Shown piece by piece: positions 37,403 through 52,822 of a stretch of DNA of 64,000 nucleotides. Position 1 is the stretch's first letter. The number at the start of each line of letters is the position of its first letter. The notes under the pieces are model-generated. The model was not told the DNA's origin, made no database searches, and saw only the letters and a program-made list of their open reading frames with translations. The stretch lies in the NCBI RefSeq assembly GCF_009914755.1, contig NC_060935.1. One strand, 5' to 3'. Both the position numbers and the translations under genes were made by a program. This DNA comes from the human T2T-CHM13v2.0 reference genome, Homo sapiens.

Positions 37403-39298
37403 GGTATAGCAAAATAAAATTAAATATGCAAAAATGTCTAATCATATGACTAAAGAAAATATACACGACATTAGAAAAGATAAAAGGATCAGTGGTCATC
37501 ATAGCAGCTTCAAATTTAGAATGCATATTTACAGTTAGTAATACATTTATAGCAATCTATTCATGATGGGTGGTAAGAAGAGAGTAAACAATCTTTCATT
37601 GGTAAATCTTTTCGAGATATCTCATTGCTGAATACTTTACATGCTATCTCATTGAATGTTTATGAGGATCTCAAGAAGTAGTCATATTCCTAATAGAGAA
37701 AAAAAACTTGAGTTTTTTTTTTCTTGCTATTTCAGTGTTCCTTTTCCTTTGCCAGTCCTCCAATAGCTGTTCAATGAATCTACATATTAAATTTAAGGCT
37801 GACTCCATCTCCTGAATCACAGTGGTCATTCTGCCTCTTGGACTGACTCCATTCTTCATTTATTGAGTCCTTGTGGATATAGAGCCTCAGCCCTTGTCAT
37901 CCCCTAAGGCAAGTGTTGGTCTGAGAAGCGAAACCAAGCTGGCACAGCACTGTAGGCCTGGGAGGGAAAGTGACATGTGCCTGCATCCCAAGGAGTGGGG
38001 ATGATGAAATCATGAGGGACTCAATGAGGCTATCATTTGGGGTGCCACTGGAACATTGATTAGTGATGAAAGAGGAGAGACCTTTGGCCTCCTGAGAGAA
38101 TAAATCTGGTCCTCATGGTGTCTCCTTTCCAAGATCACCTCGTTCTTCCTGTCTTACCCACTTCTCAGCTTGGGTAAATATTAAACCCTCCAGTGAATGG
38201 GGCCATGTGAAATTTTAGTCTATCTATCTCTACATCACTGAACATGTTGGACTCCACTAATCTTAAGCACAAACATCATTTTTCCTCTTATCAATGATCT
38301 TTTAGCATTTTAAGCAACTTTTATATAACAATACTTTTAATATTTTTTCTGGTATCTTGTCTCAGTATCTTCCCATGTAGAACAACTCTATGTATCACAG
38401 AACTACTAAAAGCAATTAAATATGGCATATTAAGTTTTTAAACTACATTCTCTTCATTAAAATAACCAGAGTGAAGTTTTATTCATAAAAATAATGAAGT
38501 AAGAGCCTCTGAAAATCTCCTCCTCCATAAAAGCAATGGAAATCTGAAAAGAATTGTCAGATTCAGTGTCAACTTTTTCAAAACATAGGAGATTAACCAA
38601 AGGCTTAAAGAATGCTGGGAGCATGTATTAAAAAAAGGCTCGATCTCCACAAGAACTGCACATTTGTGTTTTAACTTGCCGTAGATGCACCCACCCTTCC
38701 GCGGTGAAGTCGTAGTCCTGAAAAATAAAAGCATTTCTGTCACAAAAAGGAGCAGAATGGAGTTAGATCCTAATTCCCAAAGAATTACAATTATTTGACC
38801 TGTCTGGTGGTTCCCTAGAAAACTGGGCTGGATAGGATTTTCTTTATGTAACCTTACTTAGATCTTATGCACTGTTAAAAACATCTACAAAAAGAGTGGT
38901 TGAGAGGGAATTTGAAAAAAAAAATTTATAGGCAAGTGTTTTAAATGTTGTGTTTGCCAGATATGGTGGATAACAGTTGTATCAAATAACGTATATTAAC
39001 CAGAAAGCTTAAAAGAGACTGCTGAAGAGTGAGATGTTCACAGAGACTTTAAAAATATCAGACATATTCATGGGAATATAGACATTTATAAGTATATGTA
39101 GAGCTATGCACATGCTCAGGAAAGTATCTGAGAAAGCCCTAAGCTCTCACTTTTGGCTGAATTTGAGGCTCTGTGCAAGCAGAAAGTCAAGGCTAGGATA
39201 GATTTTTAAACCATTGAAGACATGCCTTAACACACATGCAGAATTCCCTCAGCAAAGACTGGAATATTTATTGGGCTCAGGTGTTTAAAGAAATATCT

Positions 39299-39603
<305 letters not shown>

Positions 39604-42383
39604 GGAAATGTCTGTACAATCATTACCTGACAACTAAACTGAGTAGAGGTTTCAGTGGCTGAACACAATAAATAATACAGACTGCACAGAATTTGTTCAG
39701 AAAAGATACTAAATAAACAATAATTACAACAAGCAGCAATAGCCACAAACTCTTATGAGGGAGAAGAAACTGCATTGCAGAGTTGCCATACTGTATAACA
39801 TAAAATGTCTAGTTTTCAACAAAAGTACCAAACCACGAGGCATGCAAAGGAACAAAAAAGTATGTCAGGGAAGATAGAATAAATATAAAGTGATCCAGAG
39901 GAAGTCCAGGCATTGAACTTACTAGTCTAAAACCTTACATCACTGATCTTAAGTATATTCAAAGAATTAAAGGAAATGATAATTATATCTCACCAAACAC
40001 GATGTCAATAAATGCATTGAAACTATAGAAAAAGAACCAAATAGAAACTCTGCAATTGTATAGTACAATAACTGACTTGAAAAATTTACTAGAGGTATTC
40101 AACAGCATATCTGAGCAGGAAGAAAAATCATCAGTGAACTTGGTAAGAAATCAGTTGAAATTATTTAGTCCACGGAACGTAAAGAAAAAAGAAAAAATGA
40201 TTTGAAGTTATAATGGTCAAAAATTTCTAAATTTGATGAAAAAATATTACTTTATACATCTAAGAAGCTTAACTAACTCCAAGTAAGAAATTTAAAGAGA
40301 TCCACTCTAAGGCACATCATAATCAAACTGTTGATAAAAAAAATGAAGCTTGGAAGCAGCAAGAAAGAAGTGACTCTTTATGTACACGAAGTTTGCAATA
40401 ACTATAAGGATAATTGCTCATTAGAAATTATAAAGGCCATAAGCCAGCCCTGAAATATATCAAATTAACAAAAGCCTCTTAACTAAGAATACTATATTCA
40501 GTAGAACTATCCCTCAAAAATGAAAAGAAAATTAACATATTCACAGATAAATAAAAACTGAGGGACTTTGTCACTAGAGGACCTGCCCTGTAAGAAATAT
40601 TACAGGGGGAATTTCAGGTTGAAATAAAAGGACATTAGACAGTAACTCAAACTGACATGAATAAATAAACAACAATGGTAAAGGTAACAATATAGGTAAA
40701 TATAAAGACAATATTAATTTATTTTTATGCCACTTTTTCCTCTATCTAATAAAAAAACTGCACAAGGGAATACACACAAAATGTATAAGGATATAATCTG
40801 TGACAATGAGAACATAAAAGGAGTGTGGAGTTATTTAACAGCAAAATATTTCTTATGATTGAAATTAAGTTTGTTTTAATTTGAATATTGTTATAAATTA
40901 AGGTGTTATTAGTAATTCCTAGGGGAACCAATAAGAATATCACTCAAAAATATACAGTAAAAGAAACAGTAAGAAAATTAATATAGTAAACTAGAAAAAT
41001 TTAACATGCAACAAAAATAAGCAATAATAGAGAAACTGAGGAATAAAAATGGCATAAGACATAAGAAAACAAATAGCAAAACTGAAGATGTAAATCCTAC
41101 CCATAAACAGTTACATTAAATGAAAATGGATTACACTCTGCAAGTAAAAGCAGATATTAGCAGAATAATTTTTTTAATGATCCAACTATATGCTGTCTAC
41201 AAGACATTCCTTTTAGATTCAACGACAAAATAGGTTGCAAGTAAAAGGATGGAAAATATGTACCATGCAAAAAGTTACCAAAAGAGAGCAGGAGTGACTA
41301 TACTAGTATCAGACAAAATAGAGAAAAATTTTCATTAAATAACAACACTTTATAGCTATAAAAGAGTACATTTATCAAAAAGGTAAAAAATATATCTGTA
41401 AATTTTATGCACTTTACAACAGAATCCCCAAATACATGAAATAATAACTGACAGAATTGAAGGAAGGTATATGCAATTTAGGAAAATAGTTGGAGATTAT
41501 TATACTATTATATTAGACTATTATATCTCACCTTCAATAATGGATCAAAAACTACATAGCACATTGCAAAGAAAATAGAAGACTTGGACAATATTATAAA
41601 CCAATCAGACCTAACAAACATCTTCAGAGCACTCTACACAACAATGGAAAAAAAATACACATTCTTCCCAGGTGTATATGGAAAATTCTCCATGACAGAA
41701 CATGTTTTAGGCTATACAACAAGCCTCAATAAATTTACAGGGATTGAAATCATATAATACTATGTTCTCAAGCCACTGCAATAAAACTAAAATCAATAAC
41801 AAAAGGAAATCTCGTAAATTTTCAAACATATGGAAATTAAGACACTTTTAAATTGCCAATGTGCCAAAGAAGAAATCACAGGGCAATTATAAAATAGCTT
41901 CAGAAGAATGAAAACAAAAACATAACAGACCGAATATTATGGGATACAATGAAAGCAGCACTCAGAGGGACATTTAGAGCTGTTAAATGCCTATATTAAA
42001 AACATTAGAGACTGTAAATCAATAAACTCATCTTTTTGTCTAAACAAGTAAGAAAAGAAGAGAAAATGGCATCTAAACCAAGCAAAAGGAAGGAAATAAT
42101 TAAGATTAGATGATGGATAAACAAAATAAAAAATGAGGAAAAAAGAGAAAAAAAGTTTATTTGAAAATATCACCAAAATTGACTAACTTCTAAGTAAAAT
42201 GATCAAGAAAAAAAGAGTTAAACATTAAATTACTGAAATCAGATAAAAAGGGTATGCTACTTCCAACTAGAACAAAATAAAAAAGATTATAAAATAATAC
42301 TATAAACAATTTGCCACAAATCAAATAATTCAGATGAAGTAAACAAATTTTAGGACATGAGCTACCTACCAAAAACCGACTCA

Positions 42384-42692
<309 letters not shown>

Positions 42693-44754
42693 AAAACTGA
42701 CTCAATAAGAAATAGAAAATGTAAATACATCTGTAAGAGTTACAGAAGTTAATAATAATTTACAAAAAAAAAATTTCCCACATGAAAAGCCCACAACAGA
42801 TGACTTTACTAGTGGACTCTCTTAAGCATTTAAATAATTAACCCTAATCCTTCACAAACCCTTCCAAAAAATAGAAGGAAGCGCTTTCTAACTTATTTTA
42901 TAAGACCAAATAACAAAATCAGACAAGACTCACAAGAAAAAACTACAGAACGATATTCCTTATATAAATATAGATGGAAAAATCTTCAACAAAACTAGCA
43001 AATGAATCTAGCAGCATATAAGAAGGATTATACATCATGACATAGTTGAATTTATCCCAAGAGTGCAAAGCTAGTTCAACATAGGGAAATCAATCTATGT
43101 AATATGCTATAATAAAAGAATAAAAAGGAGGATATGATTACCTCAATATGGTTAGAAAAAGTATTTGACAAAATCCAACACGCCTTCATAATACCAACAC
43201 ACAGCAAACTAAGAATAAAAGGGATCTTCCTTAACCTGTTAAAGAGCGTCTGCAAAACACCCACAGCCAGCCTCCTACTTCCTGATGAAAGACTGAATGT
43301 TTTCCCCTTAAAATCAGGAATGAGGTGAGGATTTCTGTTCTCACTACTTCTGTTTAACATTATACTATAAATTCTAGCCAGCGTAATTAGGCAATAAAAT
43401 GCCATAAAACATATAAGGATTGGGAAGGAAGAAATAAAACTATTTCTATCTGTAGATGGCATTAAAGAAACACTAAATAATACACACACATGCACAAAGT
43501 GTTATAGGCAATAAATTCAACAAAGATACAGGGTATGAAATAAATATACAAAAATAAAAATCAGTTATATTTTTATAAAGTAGCAATAAAATTTCTGAAA
43601 ATGAAATTTTTAATTTACAATAGCATTAAAAAATACTTAGAAATAAATTTAACCAAAGTAGTGCAAGACTTTACACTGAAAACTATGAAACATTGTTGAA
43701 GGAAATTTAAGAAGACCTAATTAAATGGAAACACATCTCATCTTTATGAATTAGAGGACTTAATATGGTTAAGATGGTGAAATGTACTAAATCAATCTTC
43801 AAATATGCCACCCTAATCAAAATTTCACTGTTTTTTTAAATGAACAAGGTGATTTGCAAATTCATATGTACATTCAAGGTAACCCAAAAAGCCAGAACAA
43901 TCTTAAAGAGGAAAAAAATCAAAAACAGAGTTGGCGTACACATTTCAAAACACAGGGCCACACTACAGTCACCAAGACAGTGCGGTGCTGGCATAAAGAT
44001 CGACTCATAAGCCAGCGGAACAGAACTGACGCTCCAGAAAAATATCCACACACATGTGTTCAGCTGATTTTAACAAGGATGCGAAGCCCATTCAATAAGG
44101 AATAATCATCTTTTCAACAAATGAGACTGAGATATTATGAAGAAAGTAAAAACACTGACCCACAGAATGGGAAAAATATTTGCAAACTGTAATCTGACCA
44201 GGGTCTAGTATAAAGAATAAAGACGTCTTACAGCTCAAACACGAAAGGGAAAATATTCCAATTAAGGTGAACAAAGAATTTAAATAGGCATCTCTCCCGG
44301 AACTTTATCAATGGCCAAGAAGCCCATGAAGAGATGCTCTGCCCCATGAGCCACCAGGGGAAGGCAAGTCAAGACCATAGTCACATGCCACTCATACCCA
44401 TCACAATGGATATTTTTTAAAAAAATGAACAATAAGCATTGGCAAAGATGCTGAGAAATTGAAACCCTCCCACATTGCAGGGGGGTATGTAAATGGTGCA
44501 GGGCTGCAGCTTAACATAGAGTGTGCTGGAAAGTAGAGTCTGCCCAGTTCAAATGCCTTATGATTCTGTTAATACAACAGGAAGGATCAACATCGAATCC
44601 TACACTTAGATTGGCTTCTGGAAGCATGAGTTGTAACCAGAGATCGCGGCACTGTGAATTACTCCAGTAAAGTCTCTAATGACATAAACAATCATAACAA
44701 ACCACAAGTCCTAATAACACAACCAGTAACAGCAACATCAAGAGCAACAAACAG

Positions 44755-45200
44755 TAAATATTATTTACTATGTGCCAGATGCTAACATAAGTACTTTGCA
44801 TATATTAACGCATGTAAATATTATAACACATTTTTGAAGGAATTCTGCTTAGCAAAAGTTTATAGTTGGGGATGTTAATCAAAGCACTCAAGATCACACA
44901 GCTATCAGTGGAAGATCTGGGCCTCAAACAGGTAAACTCCAAAATCTTCGCTCTTAGTGACTGTGCTTTCCAGCTGATGTCTGTACTCCACTTTAGATTG
45001 TGAAAACTGTTTTCATCTGCAATAGCTCATTTCATCTTTACAACAGTGCTATCAGCAGACAGGGCAGAATCATTACCTCTCGTTATAGGCGAGAAAACGA
45101 AGGATCAGGAATCTTAAAGCCACTCCTCCAAGGTGATTCGATGGGTAAGTGACAGGAACGGGATCCAAACCAAGTTCTAACTCCTGACACCAGAGCCATG
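44755..45200 (+). mobile_element. MIR fragments (two)
   Basis: tttactatgtgccagatgct...tttgcatatattaac; ctcatttcatctttacaacag...gggatccaaaccaagttctaactcc. Confidence 0.55.
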
Positions 45201-48200
45201 CCTTTTTTTTTTTCATAGATGAAGCCATTCTCTCTCTGTTAAACCTCTGTGAAAACACATGGCTCCTCAGCTGAAGGCCTCTATAAAGCTCGAGGACTGA
45301 CCAAGATGCTTACTCCACATAAACCATGTGCTCACAAGCATTCTGCACCTGTCCACAGTTTTAAACTTAGAGGCACGTAGGGTACAAGAGCTTCCACTTC
45401 ATCACACGGCGCTAGTGTGTGAATCTCAGTCCCAAGGTGTCTGAGAGATGGGGCTTACATCTCTGCCTCTCCGGGAGACTCCTGCCTGGAGATGGCCCTG
45501 ACCGATGGGGAGGAAGAAGCTGATGGTTTCAGCCTGACCTTGGCAAATGGCTCTGTGTCCATCTCTCTTAACCTTTGCCTTACAAAAATAACCTGCTCTC
45601 AGCACAAAAACAAAGAATTAGCAGAACATGAAAATCAGGCAGAGACGCCACTGGTGTGGAAAGAATAGCAATATTATCCTAACGACTCCGCAATAAAATA
45701 CAATCATGCGAGGAAATTTACCCTGAAATCATGTTCCTAAGCTTTGCAGAGAAGCCTCTGTTTCCCGGCCTTCGGCACACTGCCCTTCTGAAAGACCTCT
45801 CCCTGAGGGATTGGCAAGGTCTTTTCTTATTCCTTTGTCTCTAGACTGATGCCCTTGTCTGTGGACTGCCTAGAAGAGAGGTCCCAACTGCCCCTGTGGG
45901 TCCATCTCCATTGAGAAAGCTGCCTTGTCAGCCACAGACGTGCCAACCACATGGAGCACGGAAACACCTCGGCCCGCTCTGGCCCTGTGGCTTCAGGAAG
46001 GTCACTTCCCTCTTGGGTTGAGAAACTGACCCAGAAGATGCAATACGTTTCTTGCTTTTCACATAGCAGAGCTCTTCTGGTATATAATCTGGGCACTAAC
46101 ATTGGAAATCTTAAATTGTGCATTCCTCTGTTCAAATTTGGGTCCAGCAATACTTTTCTATCTCCTGCTGCTCAGCAAGTCACCTATGCCCAAAGCACAC
46201 AGATTTCTCAATGCAGCATGCATGTGGACGTTTATGTGCCTGCTGAGTGGCTGCTGGCATTGTGGAAAGGCCGGGTGGTATAGGACAGAGCACAGGATCA
46301 GGCTGGGTGGTTCAGCCTGGACCACATCACTCAGGATGACAGGTTGTATGTAACTGAGGAGGGCTGGACCTGGCACTTGTTGATTCTCATGTTTCAAGCA
46401 CCAATATAACTTTTATATATTCATGAAACATACTGCTTATAATAGCCCTCTAAAGTATTTTCATCTGTATTTTATGTGTGAGGAAACTGAGACTTAGGGA
46501 GGTTAATTCTCACGTAAAGTCCCCAAGCTGATATGTGGCAAAGCCACGCTTTGTATAATGAAAAAGTTTCTTGAGCAGAGACCACATGACCTCCACTTAA
46601 CTTCTCTCAGCCCCAATTCTCTCATCTGTAACTGAGAGAAAATAACTTTGTGGGGTTGCTGTGAGGACTAAGTAAGAAAAGCACCAAGCACAGCTGTCTG
46701 CATGTATATGTGATTTCCCTTTTCCCCAGCCGTAGAGATTAAGCCCAGGATGAAGGAAGGATTTATGACAACTCTGCCAGGGCACAATAATCTATTATTT
46801 AAGCATTTATGGATCTGTACTCAAAGCAGGTCAAGAAAAACATTAAGGCACCTCAAAAAGATATATAGAACCAAGCAAGATGAAGTAAAATGTAAAATAA
46901 GTGGGTCAAGGAACAAAAGAAAAAAGAAAAAAATGGGTGAAAGATAGGGGGAGGTCAGGAGAGACGTTCGTATGCAAAACTGCATGGTTCCAGCCTCTGT
47001 GGTGTTGCCGTTTGGGGACCTGAGAGTTATTATTAGTGAGCTCCAAATTGGCTATGAGGTTATTATTTGTTTGTTTTGCTGTGGAGGGGCACAGCTGCTC
47101 CTAGGATGCTGATCAGAGAGATTTCTCCATGGACCACCTTTACTGAAGACATTATGTGTTCTCAGCTACAACTACATGAGGAAATAGATAGACAAATGGT
47201 GTACTTTTTGACAATTTCTCAGTGCAAGCTGAAGATATATTTCCAAAGCCCAAATCAGAACAGATGAGGCTAAAAGAGCATCAAATGGGGCATCCCAGGG
47301 CCTTCGGAAGGTCTTTCTTTAGCTAGCAATCGATGCACAACCTGGACAATTTCTTAACCTGCTCAGCAGCAATGAGACTGTGCTCCCTGCCTGAGAAGTA
47401 CCTGAGGTGCTCCCTCACTGGTTCTTTGTACCTCTTCTTGATGGTTAAGTGAGAAGGAAACCCTATCAGGAGGGGTGAGGAAGGCAAAAACAAGTGCCAG
47501 GAGGCTGCCCTTTAGCTACCTGGGAAAGAAATGAGGGAGGCTCCCAAAACAGGACCAAAATTGGCTACAAGAGGTTCTTGGGCATCTCCCCTCACAGGAG
47601 GTCAAGGCCTCCAAAATGACACCTGCCACTTGCACAGTCGCAGATCACAGCAGAAACCAATCCACAGGTTCCCAGCTGCTGGGAGCCAGGATGGGAGTTT
47701 GGTGCCCATCCCTAGAACTGGAGGGGCTACCTACACCTCCCTGAGTTGTGTCTGTTTCATTCAGTATAATTCAAGCTGGTCAACATCTATAAAGGGACCT
47801 CATATAAGTCAGCAACATACTAAGGGCTGGGAATATAAGTTATCAACATGCTAATAGCTGGGAACACAAAGGTCCCCGTCCTCGGTGGGCTCATAGTCTC
47901 ATGAGGCAAACCCACACTTGAACACCCCCAACCATGGTACAGCAGCATGCGGGATGCACCACACGTTGCAGGAGAAGGGAAAGGAGCCTACCTGGCCAGG
48001 CAAAGCTGGAGGAGGGCTTCATCATAGATGGTATTAGTCACTCTCTGATGAAGAAGATTCCACAAAGGACCCATCTCCAGATATTGACTGAGCTGGAATG
48101 CTTTGCGTAACTTGGCCTCCCCATCACGAAGTGGTAGCAGAGCTGAGATGCTAGACTGTCTGCCTCTGACTCTTGCCGCCCCTTCCAGTCCTATTTGCAG

Positions 48201-48713
48201 ATGTGAACCTCTCCACTGGTCCAGCCAGAACACTCTGACATCATCTGAATCATGAGCGGCTATGACAATAATGCCAGGTTTGCTAAACCTGCCAGGACCC
48301 CAAAGGCCAGGATGAAATTTGAAATTCAAGCTAAGCCTTGGACAAATGTCAGCTGCCCTGCCAAGTGCCAGAGAAGCCTCCCACTGGCCATCCCCACTCG
48401 GCAGTTCCACTGGATCACAATTTGTCTTTTGTTTGATTTTTGGTTTTGTCTTCTACGTTTTACTTTAAAACTTTCTGATTTTAAGCCTCTGTGTCTTGGT
48501 AATGCAGTAATTTAGAAAATGTAAAGAAGAAGAAAATGATGTCAGTGAAAGCTGAAGCAGTTAAAATGTCAGTAAGCCGGGCAGATTTTAATGTGGGGAT
48601 GGTGGGAGTCCATGTGACCTATGTGGACAGGGGACAAGTGGCAGGTCGAGCTCACCACCAGCCACCCCCAGGGCCACCGGCTTGGCTGGAGTAAGTGAAA
48701 TCCAGAAAAGGAT

Positions 48714-49688
48714 GGTGCAGGGAGAAAGAACAGTCCACGGTGCAGAGAGAAAGAACAGTCCAAGGTGCAGGGAGAAAGAACAGTCCATGGTGCAGGGAGA
48801 AAGAACAGTCCACGGTGCAGGGAGAAAGAACGGTCCACGGTGCAGGGGGAAAGAACGGTCCACGGTGCAGGGGGAAAGAACAGTCCACGGTGCAGGGGGA
48901 AAGAACAGTCCACGGTGCAGAGAGAAAGAACAGTCCACGGTGAAGGGGGAAAGAACAGTCCACAGTGAAGGGGGAAAGAACAGTCCACGGTGCAGGGAGA
49001 AAGAACAGTCCACGGTGCAGGGAGAAAGAACAGTCCACGGTGCAGGGAGAAAGAACAGTCCACGGTGCAGGGGGAAAGAACAGTCCACGGTGCAGGGAGA
49101 AAGAACAGTCCACGGTGCAGGGAGAAAGAACAGTCCACAGTGCAGGGAGAAAGAACAGTCCACGGTGCAGGGAGAAAGAACAGTCCACGGTGCAGAGAGA
49201 AAGAACAGTCCACGGTGCAGAGAGAAAGAACAGTCCACGCTGCAGGGGGAAAGAACAGTCCACGGTGCAGGGAGAAAGAACAGTCCACGGTGCAGAGGGA
49301 AAGAACGGTCCACGGTGCAGAGGGAAAGAACGGTCCACGGTGCAGGGAGAAAGAACAGTCCACGGTGCAGGGAGAAAGAACAGTCCACGGTGCAGAGAGA
49401 AAGAACAGTCCACGCTGCAGGGGGAAAGAACAGTCCACGGTGCAGGGAGAAAGAACAGTCCACAGTGCAGGGAGAAAGAACAGTCCACGGTGAAGGGGGA
49501 AAGAACAGTCCACGGTGCAGAGAGAAAGAACAGTCCACGGTGCAGGGAGAAAGAACAGTCCACGGTGAAGGGGGAAAGAACAGTCCACGGTGCAGAGAGA
49601 AAGAACAGTCCATGGTGCAGGGAGAAAGAACAGTCCACGGTGCAGAGAGAAAGAACAGTCCACGGTGCAGGGAGAAAGGACAGTCCAT
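48714..49688. repeat. 25-bp purine-rich minisatellite, 39 copies, unit GGTGCAGGGAGAAAGAACAGTCCAC
   Basis: Read directly; 975 bp / 25 = 39. Confidence 0.98.
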
Positions 49689-50837
49689 AGCTCCAAATCT
49701 CCCTCTCTTTTAGACATATGACTACAGGCTCAGTGGTTGGTCCATTTGACATGTTCACCCTCACTTGTTGACACCTCTTGGTGTAGGTAACACTCTCATC
49801 ATCCCTGAAGCTGTGGAACACAGTAAATCCGAGAATATTCAGGGGAGCGGAGCAGATTGGAGTTTGACTCCAGGCCCTCCACTTACCAGCTGGTGATCTG
49901 GGCTAGTCACTGTGCTTTCCTGCAGGAGTAGCACCAATGTGTTGATAAGGAAATAAGGTAATAATGTAATAAAATAATAAATAGGCGCATAGTGTCTGTT
50001 TGGTGTAGAGCAAACCCTCAGAAGTGATGACTGTTGGTGTTTTATTACCACTGTGATCGCACATGAGGGAAATGTGGCCCAGTGGGGCAGGGCTTGACCC
50101 AGGGCTGACACCATTTTTCTGGGTCAGGCCATCTCTGCGTTGTGAGAACACTCAGTGTCCCCTGAAAATGTGAGCAGGACAAGGGCCTCAGGGCCACAAG
50201 AAACCCTCTAGCAAAGATTTGGAGATGGTATCAGGCGAAACCCGAGGCTCATTGTGAATTGCGAAGCTTCTATCTCGTACAACCAAAGAGTGATAAATAC
50301 TGAGTGGGTATCAGATCTCTGCAGCTGGAAACCTGGTGGCAAAAAATGCAGGAGTTAAATCCAGTTGGAAGGTCAGTCTCAGCAAAGATCCGAGCTGAAT
50401 GGAAAGTTTCTGATGAAGTCTCAGATTTTCAATGATTGCTTCATCTTTTACAGCCTCTCTCCCATCCCTGGCCCGGGCACCCTCCCTCCACCCAGGCTAG
50501 AACTTCACAGAGACTTCAATCACAAACATCACAAAAGTGTCTCACAAAAATGTCACCTGCTTCCACGGTAAAGGATTTCTCAGAGTGAAAGTCCCGGGGT
50601 GCAGGAGTGGCCTGAAGTGGGAGCCCGAATCCTGGGGCTGACTCAGGAGGAAACAGCTCCAATGGGAAGGTCCCTCCCTGATCACTGGCTTCTCACTTTC
50701 TGTGGTCACTGCTCACATGGCAGCCACAGGGTGGGGCAAGGAGAGGAGCCTCAGGAAAATTAAAGGGTTAGCGCGTGACTCCAGTCCAGCTCCTTAGTAG
50801 CTGTGTGGTCCTGGACAGTCATTTATTCCCTAGGTCT

Positions 50838-51021
50838 GCACCGTCCAGTGTAGCAGCCACTAGCCACAGGCAGCTATTGCATTTACACTTAATTCAAATA
50901 AAAGGCAATACAATTTAAAATCCCATTTCCTGGTGCACTTGCCACACTGCTCAATAGTGTCCTGTGGCTGGTGGCCGCTGTATTGACCCAGCTCCACAGC
51001 AAGTGCTATTGGACAGCCCTG
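50838..51021. mobile_element. MER3-like hAT MITE
   Basis: gtccag...gcagccactagccaca...tgtggctggtggccgctgtattg...ctattggacagccctg. Confidence 0.75.
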
Positions 51022-52807
51022 GTCTAAATCTTAGTTTCCACCTTTGCAAAATGGGTGCTGCCATTGGCGGAGGGTTAAAGAAGTTTCAGGAGGCCGCTGT
51101 GGAGTAGGTACCCAAGGATATTAGTTTTCTTCCTGTCTCTAAACCTCATGCTTGAAATCACAACCTCTTCCTGGGTTTTGGTAAAAACAAAACCAGGGAT
51201 GTTCTGGAGTGGCTCATCCTGGGTCTTCTGTGGCTCTAGGTGGGTGCTCCTGACCCCAGGACCCCAGGGAATTCAGCCTCCTGTGAGTACACTGGAGAGG
51301 GGAGAGGCTCACTGGGTCCTCAGACCCAAAACCCTTGGAGAAGGGACATTCATGACCACAGCAGCCTCTAACCAAACGTGGCGCCCGAAGCTGTGGCACC
51401 ATCAGGCACCCCAGGCTGGGAGCTGGAGGTGGTTCCTGGGTGTGAGTGGCCCCTCAGTCCCACCTGGGCCTCCTGTTCTCCTCCTTCGACAGAGGCATTT
51501 CCATGCTGTGTGACCCTGGTTTTCCCAGCGTGCTCAAACCTATTCCTCTGTACGTGAAGAATACTCGCCTCCCCCTGAAAAGATAGGTGCTGCTCACCCT
51601 GCCGTTGAGGGGAGATGGTTTCTCCTGAGAAGGTGGGGAGCTGCCTAAGAAGTCAGTGCCATGGAGGAAGCCCAATGGCCCTAGTGGTGTCCTGTTTGAG
51701 CCCTGCTCACTCCGCTGAGGCTGATGCGTCTCCATTCCTGGCCTCTAGAAAGGAAATACTCACTCTGACAAAGCAGGTGGGATCCGAGCTCTCAGAGAGC
51801 CTTTCCGTGCTCTGGGGGCCGACTTAGCCAAGCCTGCTGTGCCCCAGGCCATCTGGCATCTCTCACCTTTTGGGCAGGGGCCCCTTCCGCTGCCTGGAGG
51901 AGCAATCTGAGCCTGGCCAGCTGCTCCAGCTCACCCAGGAGGTGGCCCAGAAGAAAGGGAGGAGACAGCTTCATGCTTCCCCTGAAACACCCTCCTGCCC
52001 TGTCACCCCCACCTCTGCATAACTCCATGTCTCTGCTCTTGGCCTAAGGGATTGAATCCATAAAAATATGCTTTTTAATAGGTCTTACTTCTTGGCAAAA
52101 ATATCACAGGCTGGGCACGTGTGTATCTACCTGACTGTGTTTGTAACTCAGATAAAAACAAAACACTCCATGAAAATCCCCAAGCAAAACAAATCTCTAA
52201 TGACATAACTGCAGTGACACATGCACGAAGTCCTGGACGAACCCCCCCACACCCTGCCACTGATGGGGCCCTTCCCAGGTGTTCCTTCAGCTCTGAAGCA
52301 TCCTGGGCCCCGCGTGCACTTGCGCTGCTGCCGTGCGGCTGGGAAGGGCCCTCTCTGGAGGTTCCTGGTCCTCTGTCACGATGTGTTTGGGAGACACTGT
52401 AAACACCCAACATCATGGACCCTGATCCTGTCCTGAGTATAGCCGCCCTCATCTCCGGGTTTGCTCATGGACATTAAAGAACGAGTGTGGAAGTAAGTGA
52501 CTGAGTACCCCCAGGTGGCGAGGGAGGGAAGGGCAGAGGGAGGGAGGCCCACGGCAAGTGAGGGAGGGCAGCCATGGTCCTGGTGGCAGCAGGAGACACC
52601 TCCTCCCCTCCTCCCAAGTCTAGCCCAGCCTCCTCCAGGACCAGGGAGCCGAGGAACCAGTGGCCCCGGTAGCTTCTTGTCATCTCTTCTTCATTGCTGT
52701 GGTCAGCTGTTCCCTCCGCCCACACCCAGGGGCCCACTGTGACTAGCAGTTAAACAGTGCTGTAAAACTTACCGAAAGGATTATATTTTGTATCTCGTTG
52801 CACCCTA

Positions 52808-52822
52808 ACAGCAGGGGGCACC
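52808..52822 (+). promoter_or_regulatory. CTCF-like motif
   Basis: ACAGCAGGGGGCAC, one mismatch from CCAGCAGGGGGCAC. Confidence 0.4.

Noticed and set aside
43076-44274. ORFs with reverse-transcriptase-like text (EKVFDKIQH)
   Set aside because: Short remnants of a dead L1 ORF2 or its antisense strand.
48569-49821. Overlapping ORFs of up to 389 aa on both strands
   Set aside because: The 25-bp unit has almost no stop codons in any frame; ORFs open on both strands and cycling through frames indicate a repeat artefact.
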